DNA of 61,057 nt from Obrimoposthia wandeli (taxonomy: Eukaryota), in NCBI GenBank assembly GCA_977020255.1, contig CDROCS010001093.1, positions 124,001 through 185,057 on the forward strand, given 5' to 3'. A program made the translations under genes and the position numbers. The notes beneath the pieces were generated by a model. That model was not told the origin of the DNA. It saw only the letters and a program-made list of their open reading frames with translations, and made no database searches. The first letter of the stretch is position 1, and each line of letters starts with the position of its first letter. Below are positions 1 to 12,726 of the stretch, piece after piece.

Positions 1-149
1 TATGAAAAAACACAGTCATATTTAAAAATTTATTAAAATTTATTCAATTTATTCAATTGACATTTGAATCTTAAAAATAAGCTCTTTAGTCAGTTTTGAT
101 AGGGAACAAGCAGTAGGTATTAAGAGACGGGATATTGTATCATCTAAAT

Positions 150-765
150 CGATTGGAAGTGTTCCTGGTAGAGTAGCAAGATTGTTGTTAGCTGAAACGA
201 GATCAAAGGATATACTTGAAGTGAAAAGGTTTTCAAAATATTATAAAATAGATAGTGAAGAGAATTTATGTAAATTTATAATGAATGAATTTAGTGAATA
301 TTTGGATAAATGTGAATCATTAAAAATGGTAAATTGATGTTTACAGTAAAGAGAAATATAAAATGGGTTTCCTTTGATGATAAACTGGCTAAAATTCTGG
401 GTTTAATCAGAAATACCTTTAAAACCCAAAGAATAAAAATCATAAAATTTAAAAATAAGGCAAAACCTTTAAATGCTATTAATCAGCTATATATTTATAC
501 TAGTTTAATAGAACCAACGCTTGTAGGACTACGAGTTTCCCTTTTTAGAACAATATGGATATCTAAAAGTCAAACTAAAGTTGGAGAAGTTCTCGGTATT
601 CTTATAAATCAACCAATGTATCTTCCAGTTGCTCTTTCGTTTATAAACAGTATGGAAATAAGTATTAGAGATGATTTTGTTCAATTAATAGATTTCACGT
701 ACGGAGCCAAGACAAGTTTAACAATACATTTAAGAAAACAAAATAGCGAATCAAGTAATAATTGA
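150..765 (+). pseudogene. PX: Polinton minor capsid (penton) C-terminal remnant
   Basis: ORF 334-765 has LYIYTSLIEPTLVG...LFRTIW...QPMYLPV...IRDD...LTIHLRK, the typical polinton penton C-terminus. It matches 23538-24300 in reverse. Confidence 0.8.
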
Positions 766-1075
766 AGCTTATAGTCAAAGCCAACTAGGTTGAGAATTAC
801 CATATTTTGTTGATAAATAATATGGATCCAGCTGGCTTAAAACATCATTTTTTGAAGAAACACAAACGATTTATATCAAAATTAAGAATGGACTGCCATT
901 CATCTAAGGATAATAAATTAATACCAACTTTTAAGAAGAATGCACCTTATGAACTTCATAATGTTCTACCAGACGTTGCAAATTAAATAAAAAAGTTAAA
1001 TAAAGTAAAAGTAAAGAAGCTAGAATATTTTAACGTAAACAAAAGTAAAATATTACTGTAAACAAACGTTAAACT
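743..1075 (+). pseudogene. Remnant of the Polinton core-like protein (homolog of 23183-23560)
   Basis: aaatagcgaatcaagtaataattgaagcttatagtcaaagccaa...ttaccatattttgttg...tatggatcc aligns with the start of 23560. The start codon is ATA and there are stops. Confidence 0.75.
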
Positions 1076-1084
1076 TTTGAAAAA

Positions 1085-1550
1085 TAAGTTGCACCAAAAC
1101 TGAATTGTGTATTTTATATAAAGCACTTCCACAAGTTTTAGACAATGCTTTATTTAAAGAAGTATTTGTAGTTAATTTGGTTTAAGTAACAACCATTACC
1201 GATTTAGAATTTAATATTAATAGTTCAAATAGTGATTATTTATATTTGAATGATACTTTACTTTATGTTCAAGAAAAAGTAAAATAATGCTAAGGAAACA
1301 CCTGTAAATTATTTCTCTAATTATCTAATTGGTTTTAATAAAATTGCAGTTAATGTAATCTTCGTTTGAAATGGAATTAATAAAAAATTTTCTTTGTTAA
1401 GTACAGAAGTGTTAAAACCTAAACTTGATATTTTAGATGCAAAACTGTATATTTGAATAGTTAGAACCGAGCAATCTGTTTTAATGGCACATAATATAGG
1501 ACTGGAAAAAATAATAAAGAACTACTCCAAAACTGCAAAGAATCTATATT
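1085..1550 (+). pseudogene. PY: Major capsid protein remnant with internal deletions
   Basis: gttgcaccaaaactgaattgtgtatt, gatttagaatttaatattaat..., gatactttactttatgttcaa and gagcaatctgttttaatggcacataatatagg match the MCP at 21957-23186. Confidence 0.8.
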
Positions 1551-1554
1551 TCAT

Positions 1555-2850
1555 AATTTGGAGAATTTAGTTGATGCAGATGCAAATAAATATTTATCTA
1601 AAGTTTGAGGTATACTAGACAATTCTCATGATATTATGTACTCAGCCCATATTTAAACATATGATATAAATCATATCCTTTAAGATTCTGAAACAATATG
1701 GCAATGTGTAGTTTTTTGAGGAAATCGACAGCCAATGTTACAATGTTACCTAGGTATCGCTTGTAATATAATCACGATCTCTGACTAATTTTGATTATAT
1801 ACCGCACAAATAACAAGTTTTAATATAACTAAAATTAATCCAATTTACGCCAGTTATGCTCAGCAATTGATGTACGTTTAGATCATACCAAGGGTTGACA
1901 ATTGTCTTCCTAATTCTTTAAATTTTAAAACACAATCTGGTCCAAATTGAAGAAGTTTGTTTAAATAATGTGATTAGAAATCACATATTTGATTTGAATT
2001 TAGATCGACAATAAATATATTTGTTGAAAAGACTCTTTACAAATAATTTATAATACTGAGTTATATTAGAGCCTAAGAATATTAGTACTGACAAAGCTGA
2101 TAAGTAAATATTATCGTACTGGTCGTGCAAAGCCGAAATTTATTCAAAGTATATAAACACCTTGAATTGAACAGGTATGCTTTTTGCCCAATCCCTGAAT
2201 TTGATATCTTTATATTGTAATCAGGATTCAGTTTACATAATGTCAAGTGTTTGTTGAATAAGAGCTCAGATTTAAATCCATGTAAATGTTTATGACATAA
2301 TTTACATCTTATCCTAACCGATACGGCTCTATTATCTAGATTTCAAAGTCGATCTGAATTCGTGAAATTTATTTTGATATTTAAGAAAAAATGTTTACTG
2401 GAGTCACATATTTTATGCTCCTATAAATCACATACGAATGGATTTTTAATAATTTTTTATTATTAAATTATGATAAATTTACAGTGACATCTGTATAATG
2501 TTTGAAAACATTAATACTGAAGTTATCCATGAGTTTAAATTTAGAAATCGTAGTTAATTTAACAGTAAACTTTATTCCATGATATTAGTATATAGTCAAA
2601 GCCCCTGGAGATACGCTGCGCTCATTAATCCTTTGTTTTCATACCAACGCTATATATCTTACAAGGAAATGTACTTTAGTTGTCATAAAAATTAGGAGTT
2701 CACAATTTGTACAAAAATTATGAAATGAATTCTACATATAAAAGTTATTTCATTATCTGCTAGTTTTCAGTATATAAAAAGTTATCGAAAGAAATATTTA
2801 TGTGATAAATTTATAAATGTGTTTAAATATATTAAATTATAGAAACACTA
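1555..2850 (-). pseudogene. POLB: pPolB remnant (copy A)
   Basis: The reverse complement matches about 18200-19540 of copy C (e.g. ggttaggataagatgtaa, ttcagggattgggcaaaa, ttagtcagagatc, aaaggatatgattt). It has many stops and indels. Confidence 0.8.
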
Positions 2851-4039
2851 ACGTGATTATATGAATAAATACCAAATAAAAATGAATTACCTAAAATATT
2901 AAATTGTTATTGGTTTAAAATAAAACTTTACCAAATTCCTATTGGATTTTAAAATTCGCAACACTATTTCAACTAGTGCGCTTAAATTTTTGGATTTAAA
3001 GTATTTCAATTAAACCAAATCATAAAATTTATTTTATAAAAATTTAATACATATAACTTTTTTATTATAAATAAATAGCAGCTAAAACTATATTTTTAAT
3101 ATTGCAATATATTATGTTTATCATATACTAAAATTTCACTGAGTTCTTTTTATGACCGTGCGAAACGTTTCCTTGTTAGTAATAACGTCTATATAAGGTA
3201 AAATTTACTCAAAAACACTTAAAAATTACTTTAAAAACTAATAAAATGAATTAAAAATTACTCCAAATCATAAAGTCTTGAAATTGTGCGTATTGAAATA
3301 GCGCATGCAGGAACAACTGACTCTTTGCTGCAAAGTTTCAGTATGCATCATTTCAATGATTGTTTCAGTATGAACGATTTCGAGACTGCATTTTTAAATT
3401 TCGCCGATTTCACAAGATTTTTATAAGATAGGATTTTTTAAATGTGTTTTTAAGACTTATAAATTTCAAAAATGACCAAAGTCTCCCTTACGGAGCCTCC
3501 TAAGAGAGGAGCCCTGTATGGTCGGGTAGTACCTTTGACAATAAATATTTTAAATATATCATTTGGGAAACGTTTCTTCAGAGTATTTATAAATTTCAGA
3601 GCTTCATTAGCTTTAATAAAAAACTCTGACATTTTTAATTTTTAAATCTAATTTTATACCTCTGAAAATAGTATTTAGATGATTTATATCGGTATTGTGA
3701 ATTCTTGAAATGACGAAATCAAATTTGGATTTTATTAGCATGACAGGGTATTAAAATTCATAGGTTACAGGCATTTTGAGGAAATTCATTGAGTAATTGC
3801 TGGTACCTCTTTATTAATTTTTTTTAAAAAAGATTCTCAATTCCGTATCATCAGAATCTATATTGATTGTGCTATTGAGAAATTGGGTTTTGTTCACATT
3901 CGATATTCTATTCTTCTTTCTATCACCGCTCTTCAAAGTTGTTTTTTGTAAATTGCACATGATTTAATGAGAGTAAACTGAAATTTTTGTTAGTTATAGT
4001 TGACAACTTGAATCTGATTGTATAATATAAAACTATATA

Positions 4040-4362
4040 AGTCAGTGACATCATCAACACTATTATTAAATAATGAATATAAATTATAAAAAGGAACTTA
4101 AGGAAAGTGTTGCAAACAACCAATCAAACATGTCAAGAATATAGACATTGAGAGTATTCAATCTCTAAATATATTAGTGAATATCAACAAGAATGTTAAT
4201 TTGTATAAATTATCTTTGAAAATGGGAATCAATTGCATGTTTGAACCAAAATTGTTTCCAGCACACAGAATTTTAAAGTTTGATCATATATGTGTGATTA
4301 TTCGTGGTATTAAAGATTTTGATTATTATAGTCAAGTTGAGTCTATTGTATATTTTCTGTAA
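4040..4362 (+). pseudogene. TATA-binding-protein-like remnant inside copy A
   Basis: The frame reads DIESIQSLNILVNINKNVNLYKLSLKMGINCMFEPKLFPAHRILKFDHICVIIRGIKD. This resembles TBP repeat 2 (FKIQNIV...FPIRLEGL...SYEPELFPGLIYRM...GAK) with an apparent deletion of the IFxSGK segment. Confidence 0.45.
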
Positions 4363-4779
4363 ATTGTTTATAAACAAAAATATGTTATATGATTTTTTTT
4401 GAAAATGCTTGTTGATTATATAATTCATTATAGAACTGTTAATGACGTTTTAATTAAACGAAAAGTAGAATATACTAAAATGACAGTTTTTTATAAGAAA
4501 TATAAACATGAGAGCGTAAGATTAATTGATTGGAGAAGTATATGTTTCAAGTATGAATGATATACAATTAAATGATATATTATATTAAAATAGTTTACAA
4601 AATTTCAAAAAAACAATGATAATGATGTTAAATACTTTTATTTACATGTTAAAAAGTTTTAGCTAAAAAATTCATAATACATTTTTTATATTTGCATTTA
4701 TTTGTAAGTTAAAAAACTTATTAAAAAAATCTTAATAAAAATTTTGTTTAAATTTATTTGTAAGTATAAAAAAATTCTC

Positions 4780-5170
4780 TTCTTCCTCACTGGTGTCACT
4801 GGTGGTATATGTATCCTCACTGCTACCACTGAAATTGAAGGATATGTAACTTGAGCAGAGTTCTGTTGGGTAGTAAAGTCTTCTCCATCTTCTACCGATC
4901 ACTGACTAATCAGGTCGACACATAGATATATCTGTACCCCTTATCCTTCTGTTGCTGGTGGTGATGCTGCTGTTGCTTCTATTGGTGTCGTCGTAACTAA
5001 AGGGTCAAAGGGCCCACCATCGAACTTTGATTAAGTAAGTCAATGTACTGCGATTGTGGTGGCGTTTGTCGCTGCACTGGAGATAGATCCTCATACAGCT
5101 CAACATCCATCTCTTCGTCTAGGTCTCCGTACAACTGCTCTTCGAGCTATGCGCCCATATCAACATTGTG
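4780..5170 (-). pseudogene. Remnant of Polinton gene 1 (SIM-motif protein), copy A
   Basis: The reverse complement gacctagacgaagagatgg...ctccagtgcagcgacaaacgccaccacaatcgcagtacattgactta matches 13797-13890. Confidence 0.8.
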
Positions 5171-6399
5171 GAAATGAGGTATTACAAATATTAATCAGGG
5201 AAAATAATGTTGAAAGGCCTCTGCATATAAGACATATAAGACAAATAATTTTTTCAAAAAGCATAGTAGTTAATATGTTTTTTTACAATATTTTCCCTGC
5301 CCACGGAGTCTGTTTAAACAAATTACATTTGTCTGAAAGAGAATTATATAAATAAATTTGAAATAATTATCATAAATGAATTATTAGTAACTTTGTTGTA
5401 ACAAAATCAAGTTGTTTTTTGTAATTGAATGAATGTCTAAAGCCTCGGTAGAGTTAATGAATGGAACGAGACAAATGATAATCTTGGTACAATGTAGCTA
5501 GCATCGCTGCTGTTTCGTTTTCGTAGCACCAATAAAAAAGATAACGTTCGCTTTTGATATACCAACAACAATGGGCAGCTAAAACAAAGATAACGAAATA
5601 GGGAAAGTGTTTAAGAGAGTTAGATAAATAATGGTAATCCATTTTCTGTTTTACGTTTCTCAGAATGATTTTATTACCTCAATTATTATCGTGTCATTAT
5701 TGTAAATTACTTTGTAATTATAAAAAGTTTTTAATATTTTTGGTTTCACATTGAAACATATTTATTTCAGATATTCATAAAATCGATTTCAAGAAAAATG
5801 TTAGAAAGGAAAAATTATCGAAAATTACATTTTCCTAGTTAGTAAAATGATAGAAAACCCAAATAAAAAAAAGAGACCAATATATCAAAAAAGATAATTT
5901 TATCAAAAACAATTTGAGTTACTCAATTTTTCTAGTAGAACGTTTATTTTTTCGATTATTCTCTTCCCTTAACCCTTATCAGCAAATGTGTCGACATGCA
6001 CCATACTAAGTATTATTACTTTTATTCTAGACTGCAAAACAGGCTGATTTTTTTAATTATAAATAAAATCTATTAAAAATCTTTATGAAATTTTCAAAAT
6101 GAAAATAAGGTTACATAAATTGTATTCTTATCCTAACAAATATCGATATTTTGTCAATATTCAATGTATCATTCGTTACAGGGTGTGTATAGAGTGAACT
6201 TTCAAACATGTGTGCTTAAAATATTTTTCTACTACATACAAACAGTCATAGTCAAAAACTTCAGAAATTACTATGAATTTTCAAATAAATTATTTGAATA
6301 ATACGCTCTTATTGGATTATGAAAAAGGGTTTGTCTCATGTTGAAGTATATCAGGAGACATATTTTAATTATTTTTCATTATTTTTTACTAATTAAAAA

Positions 6400-6720
6400 A
6401 TGTTTTTTTACAACGTAGACTTGGACGACGATATCGAGGAGGATTTGTATGGAGACCTATCTTCAATACAATGACGAACGCCACCACTATCACAGTACAT
6501 TGACAAACTTAGTCAAGACTCGACAGTGGTGAGCCAACCTCTTGCTACGACGAGACAAGAAAAAAGACAGCAGCATGAAGAGCAGTACCAAGAGGAAAGA
6601 TATCAAATTGTATTGACTTGATTAGTCAAAAACCGATAGACCTAAGGGAACCTCTCGCCACTTCGATTCCAAAAGTAGCAGCAGCTGCAAGAGGAAAGAA
6701 GCAATGCGACGAGAAGGTGA
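6400..6720 (+). pseudogene. Gene 1 exon-1 remnant (copy B)
   Basis: ATG at 6400 reads MFFYNVDLDDDIEEDLYGDLSSIQ*, then SQYIDKLSQDS and CIDLISQ, homologous to 13776 onward. Confidence 0.8.
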
Positions 6721-8575
6721 GAAAACTAAAACTTTACATAAAGCTACAGATTTTTTGAGATAAATTTGTAACTGAGAATGGAAGAAATTCCTATGAAAAA
6801 ATTGTTAATTGTAGCGAGTGGTACATTTCTTTACTTATATCTCATCAACTCTCACTTTCCATTGTTAGCATAAAAACAGTGATAACATTTGCTTCCTGAA
6901 GCGAGTTGATTATCTTCAAAATGAATTAATTACTGAGCAGAGAGAGCGTGTCAGTAAATATACCCATTTTCTAAATGAATTGCAATATCATGGAATATAT
7001 TTCCCTGTTAAATTAAATGCGCTATATAGATTTGAAAACATGAATAACTTGAATATTATTGTATTCAAATATAATACCGATATCTCAGTTAATATACCAA
7101 AATAATAATAAAAAAACCTTTTGTAAGCATAATTTACAGGAGCAAAAATGAGGGGACTCCGGTCAACTTAATTTTTCTCTAATATAATAATAAATTCCAC
7201 AATTCCAAATTCCAAATCTTTATCAACTTTTTAATCTTGATAACGGAGCCTTACTGATTAGGATAAGGTTTAATTAGTGCAATAGATGTTTGTATGGATT
7301 CAGATCCTAGCTCCCTTACAACAAACACTTGACATTATGTATACTGAATCCTGATGGCAATAGCTATATAGCATGCCAAAGGAAAAAGATTAAAAATCAG
7401 GGTGTATGCAGATTTTGAATCAATTTTAACATGATACGACCAATATGAGAGTATTAACCTACCGGCATCGGCCGGACTATTATTCTTTGGCCCCAGTATC
7501 ATGAATATTCCGGTTCAAATTGCATTTTAGATTTTAGATTAAAATTTGAAGAATTAGGAACTTCAATTGTCAAACCGTGGTATGTTTTTAATGCTCATCA
7601 ACCAATAATCATGACTAGCATAAACTGGGTTAATTTTAATTTTAGTAGAACTAGTTATTTATGTAGTACTTAGTCTAGGTTAGTTAGAAGTCACGATAAT
7701 ATTACGGGGCGATATTTGAGAGTGGAATACAACCTTTGTAACTTTGGCTGTTGACTCCCTTAAACACCATGTATTTTTCATCGGTTGATAATCTCAAAGG
7801 ATATTATTTGCATCATATACTTAAATACGCGTTGGGTACTATCGTGGGAATTGTCATATATACCTCACACTTCAGATAAATATTTACCTTTAACTAAACA
7901 ACTTTATACAATTTAAAAAATAATAGTATCTTTGGTAACAATGTAGAGGACTTGCTGAAACGTATTTGTCTACGGTTTTGGAATGATGTGTGTAAGCTAA
8001 TAACATATTCTAGCAAGTACAACTTCAAACATAGTTTTATAATAGCAGATGACTTGGTAGCAGTATTATTAGAAAATTAGAGCGTTTGTCTCGATCAACC
8101 GAGTTTTATAAGTCAAACAATCTTAGTTATTTAAAAACTCAGAATGTATGAGCTCCATTATATTGAATTAGAGAAATATCGTAACGAATTCAATCGTTAG
8201 ATCAAAATTGTAACTGGGGACACTGATTTTTTTTTTTAAGAATGTAGGAAAGTTAGTTTACAAAATCAATTATTACCTGTAATGTTTAGAGATAACCTAC
8301 TAGATACCCCTAAATATATCGTTAATCATCCTATACACTCTATGACTTTAGAGGATTTTATCAGGAAAATTAAAAATGAAAGCTAGGATCAGGTTTCGTA
8401 TTAGGATTGCAAATTTAATACATCCTTAAATGCTACTGTTTAGATACATCTAAAAATACATGTTCAATGAGAGCAAAGAATGTGGGGAAAACAATCTTAC
8501 ACATGAGGCCTACCGGATAGCTTATGATACTGAATGCATTGAAAGTTCCAAGCAAACTAGATTTATTTTAAGGTA
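6720..8575 (+). pseudogene. POLB: pPolB remnant with several internal deletions (copy B)
   Basis: Matches 18200-19500 and 20560-21200 of copy C, including gagagcgtgtcagtaaatatacccc and ggggacactgat (GDTD). Confidence 0.85.
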
Positions 8576-8599
8576 ATTCACCATCTAGTTGACTTTGGC

Positions 8600-9640
8600 T
8601 ATAAGCTTTAATTATTGCCGTATTCGCCATTTCGTTTTTTAATGTATTGTTAAACTTGTCTTGGCTCCGTATGTGAAATATATTAGTTGTCCGGATTCAT
8701 CTCTAATATTTACTTCAATGTGGTTTATAGATAAGAGAGAAACTGGAAGATTCATGGGTTGATCTATACCAATACCGATAACTTTACCTATTTTAGTTTT
8801 ACTTTTGGGTTATTCATATTGTTATCAAAAGTGAGACTAGCAGTTCTCCTACAAGCGTTGATTCTATTAAACTAGTATAAATATATAACTGATTAAAAGG
8901 ATTTAAAAGATTTGATAGATTGTCTTTCAAAGGTATTTTCGATTAAACCAATTTTAACGAGTTTATTATCACAGGAAAACCGTTGTATATTGTTCTTTAC
9001 TGTAAATGTCAACTTACCATTTTTAATGTTACACATTTATTCAAATATTCGATGAATTCCTTCATTATACATATTCATAAATCAAATTCATTATATATTT
9101 TATAATATTTTGAAAGTGTTTTCAGTTCCAGTACATCTTTAGTTCTAGCTTCAGCTAACATAAGTGTTCTACTTTACCAAGAACATTTTAAACAAATTTA
9201 TATGATTCAATATCTCATTTCTTATTAGCTAATGCATGTTTGCTGAAAAAATTGAATTTAAAAGCCTTTTTTTAATTCTAATGTCAACTGAAAAAGTTTT
9301 AATCGATTTTATTTAATACTTCTTTTTTATATTTTCAAATAATACTTTCACATTTTTATTTTCAAATTTGAAATAGAATTTCCTTTACTATCAAACTTGA
9401 TCAACAATATCATTTGTTTCATGTACTTCTTTTCTTTTGTAAAAGGAATATGTGAGTTTTTTCTGATAGTAATTGGAGAACAATAAAATTTAATGTCTGT
9501 TAAAACCGTTTCACATTCTCGTTGGAGATTTATAGGATTTTTCCAATAAATAATAAAGCTACTAGCATCATTATCCGTTTAGATGGATAAATATGGAATA
9601 TTTCAATACGGTTTAATGGATATTATGCAGATGTCCATGA
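8600..9640 (-). pseudogene. PX: Penton remnant that retains the N-terminus missing from copy C
   Basis: The minus strand reads MDI...TDNDASSFIIYWKNPINLQRECETVLTDIKFYCSPITIRKNSHIPFTK... and ends ...AKTSLTIH. It has multiple stops. Confidence 0.75.
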
Positions 9641-9996
9641 AAAAATACAATATCTTTGGAATTTGAGTGAAGCTAATATGGTGTTTTATAATTTTTATTT
9701 GTGTTGATTTAATAAATGTATTGTAATTAATTTTTGTCTTGTATTTTTTCCCTCTTAAAACTATATATAAGTCTGACCTAGATATTTTGTTTTCTTAATA
9801 TGCATAAAAATGTAGTCATTTATTCACTCAAAATTATCATCTAAAATCTCGTCTACAAGTTGATACTGATGTAGTCCTCTATAATCCCTTTGAGGTTTAT
9901 TCTTGTTGATCAGATGTGAAATTCAGACACACATACTCATTTTTTAAGTAGGGAAGATTAAACCAGACACATTCACTTGCTGATGATGATGATCAG

Positions 9997-11834
9997 TCGG
10001 GGCCAGATTTTTGGACATAAACCGAAAAATATCGGTTTTAACTGAAAATGGGAATTATTGAGACAATTAACCGAAATGTCGGGAAAAACCGAAAAATGAC
10101 AATTTAAAAAAAAATAACCTAAATATACAGTAAATTTTTTAGATTTTAATTTTTTTGTTTATATAATCTGAAATCTTAAATTGAATAACTTTATAAATGA
10201 TAAGTTATTATTATCCAGAAATCTTAATGCCGAAATCTTTAAAATCAAAATTGTTAAATGCTATTAAAGATTATGACTGTTTGAAATATGATTTCGATAA
10301 GATTTACTGTCAGACATGTGGCTTCACTTTGAAAATACGTGAAAGTCATATATCCTGTTCTATCAGCGAGATAATCAAAAGTAGAACTCACAGATTACTT
10401 CAGAAAAATGTTCAGAAAGTATTAGTGATTCATTGAACGAATCGCACTCTTACCGAACCAATACACAAAAATTTTATATGGATGTAGCTAAATTTTATAC
10501 AACAGATAATATACCTATTAAAAATGTAATTTAGATAATGTTTTAACTTATTTTCTATATGTGCGTAGAACTGGTTTTAGATATTTTGTCCATAAATTTA
10601 TAAATTTATCAATACCAGACCCTTCTACATTGTGGAAAAATTATATTGATGACATTTATAAAGAAACAGTAAATAGTATTCAAAAGAAAGTGGAGAATAA
10701 ATATTTATGTTATATTGTTGATGAAACAACTGATAGATAAACGAATGTTGTGAAATTTTTAGTTAAAGTGTTAGATGGTCAGCCGTCATCCCCACATATT
10801 TATGAAACTATATTTTTGGACACAGCAAACAATATTACAATATCCCAAGAATTCGTCAAAAGCTTAGATGTTATATGACCTAATGATAAGATTTTTGATA
10901 ACGTTTTAGTAGTTGTTACAGATGCTGCTCCGTACATGTGCTTAGTATTTAAAATCCTAAAGTTATTTTCCCACGTCTAAACCACGTCACATGTTTGGCT
11001 CACACAGTCCATCGCCTATGCGAAAAATTAGAGGGAACTATAAAGGCATAAATCGTTTTGTGTCTATAATGAAAAATGTCTTGTTAAAGAATAATGAAAA
11101 ACGACATTGATATAAAGAAGTAACTGACTTACCTTATCCACACCATCCAGTTAAAACTCGTTGGAAAACATTTCTTGGAGCAAGCTTTTTCAATATTTAT
11201 AATTTTAGTAAAATTCAACTTTTTATCGATTGACTTAATGACGATGAATTCGCAGCAATTCAAGAATTGAAAAATATAATAGTAAGAAAGAATTTCAGAG
11301 CAATTTACTTGAATTTAATTAATATAGATTTTTGCCGTCAACTATTACACGTTTGGAAAGGGAGAATATGCATATTTTTGAAATTCAAAATATTGTATCT
11401 CATTTAAAATGTAAGCTGAGCGGATTTGCTAAGGATAATCTCATTTATTTCTTAAATAAAAATATAAACAAGGATAAAGTTTTTAATTTGCCATCTGTTG
11501 AATTGAAAATTAAATTATCATATGCTCCTTTAGTGTCGGTTTCTGTGGAAAGATCTTTAGTCAATATAAAAATATATTGACACCTCAAAGACAACAACTC
11601 TACAGAAAATTTAGAAATTTTGGAAATAATAGCTTGTAATTCATGTTAATTCTAAATATATTTATTTATTTAAAATAAATTTTATCTGGGTTTTGCTTTT
11701 ATTTTAATTAAATTAGATAAAAAAAGTGAAAATAGTTAACCAAAATTCTAAACTTATTTAATTTAAATATTTCATATTCTTTGAACGAAATTTTGAACAA
11801 AATCTTAAACTTGGTTAAAAAAATCCAAACCTTA
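9997..11834 (+). mobile_element. hAT-superfamily DNA transposon (CGGBP1/DUF659-like transposase), decayed
   Basis: Perfect 8-bp TSD ATGATCAG (9989-9996 and 11835-11842). Imperfect TIRs TCGGGGCCAGATTTTT / TAAGGTTTGGATTTTT (10/16 identical). Confidence 0.8.
10227..11649 (+). pseudogene. hAT transposase pseudogene
   Basis: Has an N-terminal zinc finger (IYCQTC), VDETTD, VTDAAPYM, HVTCLAHTVHRLCE, TRW and a C-terminal SVSVERS dimerisation motif. It is interrupted by stops and frameshifts. Confidence 0.85.
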
Positions 11835-12333
11835 ATGATCAGTCTTCGGTTTCTAAGGAAGAAAGTGACCACGAGATGAAGTTATCAACGATTTTAACGT
11901 TGTGGCTAAGTAATATTTGAAAACACATTTTCTATTTATTTGAAAATTATGTAAAGTAAATATAAAATCAGAAAATTTAGGGCCAATTTTGAAATTGAAC
12001 TCGGTTAATTATTAGACGTTATAATTCTGTGGAAATATTTTAACGCCTAATAAAAATTAGTACAATAAATATCGATTGATAATAGTCTTTTGTATGTCGG
12101 TGTTTGGTTGAGATTTTAGTAAATATATTATTACATTGAATAAAAACTACTAAAGAAATTACCTTTATCTATGTTGATGGTAGAAAAGTACAACATCATG
12201 CGAAGATCAAAACCCTCATTATACAAAACGTTCTTAATTTTTTGTTTAGGTTAATGGGTCTTGTTCAGATAAGTAAGGTTTAGCAAACCTAATCAGTAGG
12301 TGGATGTGTCCGGTCTAATCCACACACCCCCTC

Positions 12334-12415
12334 CCCCCTTGTCCTTTAAAACCGTGCATGTGTGTTGAGTGAAATTTCACTCCAAACACATGCACGGTTT
12401 TAAAAAACAAGGGGG
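12334..12415. repeat. 82-bp near-perfect loopless palindrome in the left terminal region
   Basis: Centred on GAGTGAAA|TTTCACTC (12374/12375). 37 of 41 positions pair, checked manually. Confidence 0.95.
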
Positions 12416-12460
12416 CGTCCCCCCTAACATTTTTTCGCGCCTGTTATAGGTCTGATATAG

Positions 12461-12647
12461 GTCACAGACTAGCTTGGCGATGTGCGGATGTCTCGCTCTC
12501 ATATATGTCACAGACTAGCTTGGGCGATGTGCGGATGTCTCGCTCTCATATATGTCACAGACTAGTTTAGGTGATGGGCGGATGTCTCGCTCTCATATAT
12601 GTTACAGACTAGCTTGTGTGATGGGCGGATGTCTCGCTCTCGTGTAT
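12461..12647 (+). repeat. Four tandem 46-47-bp repeats in the terminal region
   Basis: Unit GTCACAGACTAGCTTGG(G)CGATGTGCGGATGTCTCGCTCTCATATAT starts at 12461, 12507, 12554 and 12601. Confidence 0.95.
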
Positions 12648-12726
12648 ATCACTAACTACCTCGGGTGATGGGTGAAAGTCGATGGGTGATGGGTAAATGT
12701 CGGTGGGCGTTAGGCTGGTGGTGTTT

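Larger units (their letters stand above)
1..5300 (-). mobile_element. Decayed Polinton/Maverick copy A, inverted relative to copy C and internally deleted
   Basis: Contains penton, core and MCP remnants on + (1-1550), PolB remnants on - (1555-2850) and a gene-1 remnant on - (4780-5170). Each aligns by eye to copy C in the mirror-image order. Boundaries are approximate. Confidence 0.8.
6280..9800 (+). mobile_element. Decayed, heavily deleted Polinton copy B (same orientation as C)
   Basis: Contains a conserved promoter block (aataaattatttgaataa..gctct.attgga), a gene-1 start at ATG 6400, PolB fragments at 6720-8575 and then penton on - at 8600-9640. Protease and MCP are deleted. Confidence 0.85.

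Noticed and set aside
5454-5642. 62-aa aromatic/Cys-rich ORF between copies A and B as a real gene
   Set aside because: No recognisable family, no homolog elsewhere in the window, and the length is within chance expectation.
12289-12294. Polinton target-site duplication
   Set aside because: The right end of copy C is missing, so CTAATC has no partner to compare.
12461-12647. CRISPR-like appearance of the 47-bp repeats
   Set aside because: The units are contiguous with no unique spacers, the context is eukaryotic and there are no cas genes.
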